From a bacterium (lineage in GTDB: Bacteria; Verrucomicrobiota; Kiritimatiellia; RFP12; UBA1067): a DNA stretch of 38,191 bases. The position numbers and the translations under genes were made by a program. Location of the stretch: contig CAVLAC010000002.1 of NCBI GenBank assembly GCA_963661055.1, positions 1-38,191 on the forward strand. The letters run 5' to 3'. The notes beneath the pieces were generated by a model. The model did no database searches. It saw nothing but the letters and a program-made list of their open reading frames with translations, and was not told where the DNA came from. Of this stretch, positions 34,220 to 38,191 are shown one piece after another. Position 1 is the first letter of the stretch. Each line of letters starts with the position of its first letter.

Positions 34220-35509
34220 ATGAGCGACACAGTAAAGAAATTACATGCCGAGACACTCGCGATTCACGCGGGCTGGAACGGCGACCCGGCGACGGACGCC
34301 TGCGCGGTGCCCGTCTACCGTACGACAGCGTATAACTTTAAGAACGCACAGGATGGTGCGGACCGCTTTGCCCTGAAGAAGGCGGCGAACATCTATGCGC
34401 GGCTAATGAACCCGACGGAAGATGTCCTTGAGAAGCGTCTCGCGGCACTTGAGGGTGGCGCGGCGGCTATCACGGTCTCTTCGGGCACGGCAGCCATCTA
34501 CTTCACCGTCCTTAATATTGCCGCCTCAGGTGATGAGTTTGTCTCGGCTTCTAACCTCTATGGCGGAACTTACACCCAGTTTGATGTGATTTTGCCACAG
34601 TCTAGCAACATCCACGCACGCTATGTGAAGGTGAATGACTTCGCGGCGACCGAGGCGGCGATTAACGAGAAGACGCGCTTTGTCTACATTGAGACCATCG
34701 GCAACCCAGGTCTCGATGTCGCGGATATCGAGCAATACGCCGCGCTTGCCCACCGTCATAACTTGCCGCTCGTCGTGGACGCGACATTCTCAACCCCCAT
34801 CCTTGAACAGCCCATTAAGTATGGCGCGGATATCGTGATTCACTCCCTCTCAAAGTGGATTGGCGGACACGGTGCGGGCATTGGTGGCGCGGTCATTGAC
34901 GCGGGCACATTTGATTGGACGGATAAGAAGTTCTCCCTTTACAACGAGCCTGACCACGGCTATCACGGCGCAATTTGGTCACAGCTCGCGGGTAAGCTCG
35001 CGTTTATCACGCGCTTCCGCACCGTCCCCTTGCGCAACTTGGGTCCGACCCTCTCGCCGGACGCGAACTGGATCTTCCTCCAGGGCGTCGAGTCGCTCCC
35101 GCTGCGTGCGGCGCGGCACTCTGAGAATGCGCTTGCCGTCGCCAAGTACCTGAAGAACCATCCGAAAGTGGCATGGGTGCGTTATCCAGGTCTCGAAGGC
35201 GACCCTTCGCACGAACTCGCCAAGAAGTATCTGCCAAATGGCGCGGGCGGAATGGTCGTCTTTGGTGTGAAGGGCGGCGTGAAGGAAGGTATTACGGTCG
35301 TGGATAGCTTGAAGCTCTTTACGCAACTCGCCAATGTGGGCGACGCGCGTTCGCTTTCGGTGCACCCCGCCTCTTCCACACACTCTCAGCTGACCGAGGA
35401 ACAGCAGTGCGCGGCGGGACTCCCGCCGGAACTCATCCGTCTCTCGATTGGTCTTGAGCATATTGATGACATCATTGAAGATCTTGAACAAGCCCTCGCC
35501 CGCATCTGA
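34220..35509 (+). CDS. metY: O-acetylhomoserine sulfhydrylase / aminocarboxypropyltransferase (PLP-dependent, Cys/Met metabolism family)
   Basis: PLP-lysine motif [18 protein letters not shown]-terminus. 429 aa. Confidence 0.88.
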   Translation: MSDTVKKLHAETLAIHAGWNGDPATDACAVPVYRTTAYNFKNAQDGADRFALKKAANIYARLMNPTEDVLEKRLAALEGGAAAITVSSGTAAIYFTVLNIAASGDEFVSASNLYGGTYTQFDVILPQSSNIHARYVKVNDFAATEAAINEKTRFVYIETIGNPGLDVADIEQYAALAHRHNLPLVVDATFSTPILEQPIKYGADIVIHSLSKWIGGHGAGIGGAVIDAGTFDWTDKKFSLYNEPDHGYHGAIWSQLAGKLAFITRFRTVPLRNLGPTLSPDANWIFLQGVESLPLRAARHSENALAVAKYLKNHPKVAWVRYPGLEGDPSHELAKKYLPNGAGGMVVFGVKGGVKEGITVVDSLKLFTQLANVGDARSLSVHPASSTHSQLTEEQQCAAGLPPELIRLSIGLEHIDDIIEDLEQALARI

Positions 35510-35556
35510 CGCGGTGGGGCATCCCTAAAAGTAATTATAAGAAAGGAATTCTAAAA

Positions 35557-36477
35557 ATGGCAACTATCGCTAAGTCAATCCTCGAGAAGATCGGGAACAC
35601 CCCCCTCGTCGAGGTCTCTAATAAGCTCAACCAAGGCGGAGCCCGTGTGCTCGCTAAGGTCGAATACTTCAACCCAGGCGGCAGTGTGAAGGACCGCATT
35701 GCCCTCGCAATGATTGAAGATGCCGAAAAGAAGGGCATCCTCAAGCCAGGTGCGACCATCGTCGAACCGACGAGCGGCAATACGGGTGTTGGTCTCGCCC
35801 TCGTGAGTGCCGTTAAGGGCTACCATCTCATTCTGACGATGCCCGATACAATGTCCATCGAGCGCCGCAAACTCGCTGCTGCGTACGGAGCCGAAATCGT
35901 CCTTACGCCAGGCGCAAACGGAATGAAGGGCGCGATTGCCAAGGCGGAAGAGCTGAAAGCCGAGAAGGGTGCAGTCATCCTGCAGCAGTTTGAGAACCCC
36001 GCAAACCCTGAGCGGCACTATCAGACGACGGGTCCCGAGATTTGGACGGACTCCGATGGCAAGGTGGACGCTTTTGTCGCGGGTGTTGGCACGGGTGGCA
36101 CGCTTTCGGGCGTGGGCAAGTATCTGCGCGAGAAGAATCCCGCCGTCGCCATTTATGCCGTAGAGCCTGATACGAGCCCCGTTTTGTCGCAGGGCAAGTC
36201 GGGTCCGCATAAGATTCAGGGCATTGGCGCGGGATTTGTTCCGAAGACCCTCGATACTTCGCTAATCACGAAGGTCATCCCCGTCTCGGCGGAAAACGCT
36301 GGCACAACCGCACGTGCGGCAGCGGCGAAGGACGGACTCCTCGTCGGCATTTCTTCTGGCGCGGCACTTTGGGCGGCACTCGAGCTCGCGAAAGACCCGA
36401 GCTACGCGGGCAAGACGATTGTCGCACTTCTGCCGGATACGGGCGAGCGCTACCTCTCCACTTGGCTCTTCGCCTAA
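35557..36477 (+). CDS. cysK: Cysteine synthase A (O-acetylserine sulfhydrylase)
   Basis: Motifs [15 protein letters not shown] and GVGTGGT. Confidence 0.92.
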   Translation: MATIAKSILEKIGNTPLVEVSNKLNQGGARVLAKVEYFNPGGSVKDRIALAMIEDAEKKGILKPGATIVEPTSGNTGVGLALVSAVKGYHLILTMPDTMSIERRKLAAAYGAEIVLTPGANGMKGAIAKAEELKAEKGAVILQQFENPANPERHYQTTGPEIWTDSDGKVDAFVAGVGTGGTLSGVGKYLREKNPAVAIYAVEPDTSPVLSQGKSGPHKIQGIGAGFVPKTLDTSLITKVIPVSAENAGTTARAAAAKDGLLVGISSGAALWAALELAKDPSYAGKTIVALLPDTGERYLSTWLFA

Positions 36478-36487
36478 GTGATACGCT

Positions 36488-36513
36488 GGGCGGAAGGGAC
36501 TCCGCCCCCTACC
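36488..36513 (-). repeat. GGTAGG-hairpin family member. The + strand reads GGGCGGA-AGGGAC-TCCGCCCC-CTACC.
   Basis: Read directly from the sequence. Forms a composite with the + oriented copy at 36532-36558, since CCTACC...GGTAGG can also pair. Confidence 0.8.
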
Positions 36514-36531
36514 AACCTACGGCGTAATGCA

Positions 36532-36565
36532 GGTAGGGCGGGCAGTCCCTTGCCCGCCGTTTTTT
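36532..36565 (+). terminator. GGTAGG-hairpin family member (GGTAGG-GCGGGCA-GTCCCT-TGCCCGC) followed by T6. Likely the intrinsic terminator of cysK.
   Basis: 7-bp GC-rich stem followed by CGTTTTTT. Confidence 0.7.
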
Positions 36566-36849
36566 ATTCGCTTTATTTTGTGCCTGACAACATGCGGCAC
36601 GGCGGGCGGCAACCGTGCTAACCCGCCCTGATGCGGGCGTTTATAAAAAGGGCTCTAAGACATTCTATTGAGGGAACATCACGGACATTTCTGTCCGTGC
36701 ACCTAACCTCTTTTACGCACGAGGCGCGGCGAATCCGCCGCCTCGTGCCCGCCCGTCTCACTCCGCTCAACGCTCGCCCGCCCCTCCCGCTCCTCACCAA
36801 CCGTCTTTCTTGGCTTCGCCCGCTCTATAATTTTACACGACTACTTTGC

Positions 36850-36923
36850 GGGGCGGAAGGGACTCCGCCCCCTACCACCCCACAGTAGTGTAAGGTGGTA
36901 GGGCGGGCAGTCCCTTGCCCGCC
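36850..36923. repeat. Second composite unit: a reverse-oriented hairpin (36850-36876) plus a forward-oriented hairpin (36897-36923), bridged by a CTACCACC...GGTGGTAG stem.
   Basis: Nearly identical to the composite at 36488-36558 apart from the bridge sequence. Confidence 0.8.
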
Positions 36924-37125
36924 GCGTGATAGAGGTTGTAGGCGGCGAGGGGCGGGGGTTGCACGAGAGGAGCGGAGCGGCTCGCCGCCGTAAGAGAGAC
37001 ATTCTCACGCAACCCCAAACCTTGTCTAGGCAGGGCTGACTGAACGAAGTTTCTTGTCTAAGCGCGAAAGGCGGCAAGAGACCGCGCAACGACGGGTCGG
37101 GCGACACCCGCACGAGCCGCCCACC

Positions 37126-37248
37126 TCTTCTCTGTGACTCTGTGCCTTTGTGACTCTGTGTTAAAAACACATCTACAATTCTACAACTCTACACGGTTAA
37201 ACAACCGCTTCTCTCTCCCGATTCTCCCGATCTACACGGCTAACTCAT
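37126..37248 (+). repeat. Three consecutive triplicated-unit modules: TCTCTGTGAC/TCTGTGCC/TTTGTGAC/TCTGTG + TTAAAAACAC; ATCTACAAT/TCTACAAC/TCTACACGG + TTAAACAAC; CTCTCCCGAT/TCTCCCGA/TCTACACGGC + TAACTCAT.
   Basis: Read directly from the sequence. Each module is 35-45 nt. Confidence 0.75.
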
Positions 37249-37250
37249 AC

Positions 37251-37277
37251 GGGGCGGAAGGGACTCCGCCCCCTACC
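37251..37277 (-). repeat. GGTAGG-hairpin family member (GGGGCGGA-AGGGAC-TCCGCCCC-CTACC).
   Basis: Identical to the copy at 36850-36876. Confidence 0.85.
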
Positions 37278-37315
37278 AATCCGTTCCCATCCGTGTAATC
37301 CGTGGTTAAAAACAC
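37278..37315 (+). repeat. Triplicated-unit module AATCCGTTC/CCATCCGTGT/AATCCGTGG + TTAAAAACAC.
   Basis: Read directly from the sequence. Abuts the hairpin, as at 5996-6060. Confidence 0.7.
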
Positions 37316-37351
37316 AAAGCCGCCACTCAGCCCCGAAGGGGCTCTCTAAAA

Positions 37352-37391
37352 CCTCTCTGCGAACTCTGCGGCTCTGCGTGAGATAAACAAC
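37352..37391 (+). repeat. Triplicated-unit module CCTCTCTGCGAA/CTCTGCGG/CTCTGCGTGAG + ATAAACAAC.
   Basis: Read directly from the sequence. Confidence 0.7.
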
Positions 37392-37420
37392 CCCAAAATC
37401 ACACCTACCCACACGGGTAA

Positions 37421-37447
37421 TTGACGGGGGGGGTAATATGGTATAAT
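37421..37447 (+). promoter_or_regulatory. Promoter candidate: TTGACG (-35-like, 15-nt spacer) plus TGGTATAAT extended -10.
   Basis: Exact 9-mer at 37439-37447. Would give a leader of about 140 nt before ATG 37591. Confidence 0.5.
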
Positions 37448-37481
37448 ATTGTACTAATAAATGGCTGTAAAAGGCTGTTTT

Positions 37482-37569
37482 GGTAGGGCGGGCAGTCCCT
37501 TGCCCGCCGTTTGGTAGGGGCACGCGTCCCTGCGTACCCGTTGGTAGGGGCACGCGTCCCTGCGTGCCC
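37482..37569 (+). repeat. Three tandem forward GGTAGG hairpins (37482-37508, 37513-37539, 37543-37569) with stems GCGGGCA/TGCCCGC, GGCACGC/GCGTACC (one mismatch) and GGCACGC/GCGTGCC.
   Basis: Read directly from the sequence. All three share the GGTAGG flank and GTCCCT loop. They lie between the promoter candidate and the PEP-CTERM gene start. Confidence 0.85.
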
Positions 37570-37590
37570 GTAAAGAAAAGAGAAAGAAGT

Positions 37591-38163
37591 ATGAAAGAGC
37601 AGATAAAGAAAGTTGTTCTCGCGGCACTTGTCGCGGCGTTTGGTTTCGCCGCGCAGGCGGGCGATATGTATTGGACTATTAGCGGTGTTTCGTCCACAAC
37701 AGATAAACCGATGTCGGATGCCAATCCTTATACGGCATACTACTTCCTTTATGTTAATACGTCTAGCGTGAGTGAATCTTCTCTTGAACAAGTCGAGAAT
37801 ATAGTGAAGACTCAGAATCAGAGTGCCCTTGATTCGTGGGGGTCGAAATCGCAAAACCTAAAAACTGTAACAAGTACGGACGGTAATTTCACAAGTGAAA
37901 GATTTTATACTACTTCTTATTCTACTTCTGCACTTGCAATTATCATCAATGCGACGACCCTTGCGGACGCAACCTATTATATGGTTGCTAAAGTAGATGG
38001 AACTGGCAGTTATTATGTGCCAATAACAGATATCAGCAAAGATACTACAGCCACATTCGGCTCACAGGCGAACAATGTGTGGATTGCAATTCCTGAGCCG
38101 ACAAGCGGGCTACTTTTGGTGCTGGGGATGGCAGCGCTCGCCCTCAAGCGCCGCCGCGTGTAA
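37591..38163 (+). CDS. PEP-CTERM sorting-domain protein (190 aa), a likely paralogue of 17657..18208
   Basis: Signal peptide MKEQIKKVVLAALVAAFGFAAQA. C-terminus IPEPTSGLLLVLGMAALALKRRRV. Start trimmed from 37480 because the upstream part translates the hairpin repeats. Confidence 0.8.
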   Translation: MKEQIKKVVLAALVAAFGFAAQAGDMYWTISGVSSTTDKPMSDANPYTAYYFLYVNTSSVSESSLEQVENIVKTQNQSALDSWGSKSQNLKTVTSTDGNFTSERFYTTSYSTSALAIIINATTLADATYYMVAKVDGTGSYYVPITDISKDTTATFGSQANNVWIAIPEPTSGLLLVLGMAALALKRRRV

Positions 38164-38164
38164 G

Positions 38165-38191
38165 AGGCTCGGCTAGATTAGATAAGGCTCG
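38165..38191. repeat. Start of a CTAG-type repeat (GGCTCGG-CTAGATTAG-ATAAGGCTCG) matching units of the 18276-18356 array. Truncated by the window end.
   Basis: GCTCGGCTAGATTAG here versus GCTCGGCTAGAATAG at 18342-18356. Confidence 0.6.

Noticed and set aside
36566-37125. Known structured RNAs (tmRNA, RNase P RNA, SRP RNA, 6S, tRNA) in the large non-coding island.
   Set aside because: I could not find hallmark strings, such as GAGGAAAGTCC for RNase P, a tRNA-like TPsiC GGTTCGAATCC with a CCA end for tmRNA, or the GGAA SRP tetraloop context. A novel RNA cannot be excluded (see findings).
280-37590. Longer N-terminal extensions offered by the ORF track: starts at 280, 1513, 5883, 14877, 16848, 21960, 25387, 33335 and 37480.
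   Set aside because: The extensions run through promoter boxes, repeats or the preceding gene, and they lack SDs. Internal ATGs with proper SD spacing, an ATGA overlap or a signal peptide at the new N-terminus were preferred.
36631-37854. ORFs in the repeat island: 36631..36888 (+), 36841..37170 (-), 37245..37724 (-) and 37405..37854 (-).
   Set aside because: They are translations of hairpin and module repeats (peptides such as GRGRSPFRP and GTQGRVPLPTGTQGRVPLP). They have no SD. Two of them overlap the supported PEP-CTERM gene in antisense.
1-38191. Prophage, IS element or integrative-element signatures.
   Set aside because: No integrase, transposase, recombinase, phage structural gene or tRNA attachment site is recognisable. 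The repeat families are too short to encode their own mobility functions.

Overview
This is a 38.2 kb chromosomal segment in which every credible gene (31 CDS or fragments) lies on the + strand. Many genes are packed with 1-4 nt ATGA/TAATG overlaps.

The organism looks like a moderately GC-rich diderm bacterium, possibly from the PVC superphylum. That placement is inference only, based on PEP-CTERM proteins, a large glycoside hydrolase and peculiar intergenic repeat families.

Recognisable housekeeping content:
- dCMP deaminase, tpiA and pheT
- a cell-shape/envelope superoperon: mreB-mreC-mreD-mrdA-rodA-rng-lptD-lpxK-rnhB
- metY-like O-acetylhomoserine sulfhydrylase and cysK

Less ordinary content:
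1. A self-contained operon (14.9-18.3 kb) of four signal-peptide proteins with no recognisable catalytic motifs, ending in a PEP-CTERM protein. A paralogous PEP-CTERM gene sits at 37.6-38.2 kb.
2. An operon whose first ORF fuses an RdgB/HAM1 NTP pyrophosphatase to a UbiA-like prenyltransferase membrane domain. It is followed by an alkaline-phosphatase-family enzyme, a membrane-anchored charged protein and an O-methyltransferase.
3. A 1492-aa GH95-like + GH78 fusion hydrolase.
4. Several intergenic repeat systems:
   - a hairpin family, GGTAGG-stem-GTCCCT-stem, with compensatory stem changes (10 copies)
   - modules made of a triplicated 8-9-mer followed by TTAAAAACA
   - a strictly 9-bp-phased CTAG array downstream of the first PEP-CTERM gene, with a matching start of the same repeat after the second at the window edge
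   - two separate blocks of 22-bp-phased repeats
   - a 1.1 kb gene-free island made almost entirely of these elements
5. A recurring extended -10 box (TGGTATAAT). It sits 6-12 nt upstream of the ATG at four ORFs, which implies leaderless or near-leaderless mRNAs.

No rRNA, tRNA, CRISPR array, transposase or integrase was seen. All protein calls rest on motifs read by eye from the translations; no database search was possible.
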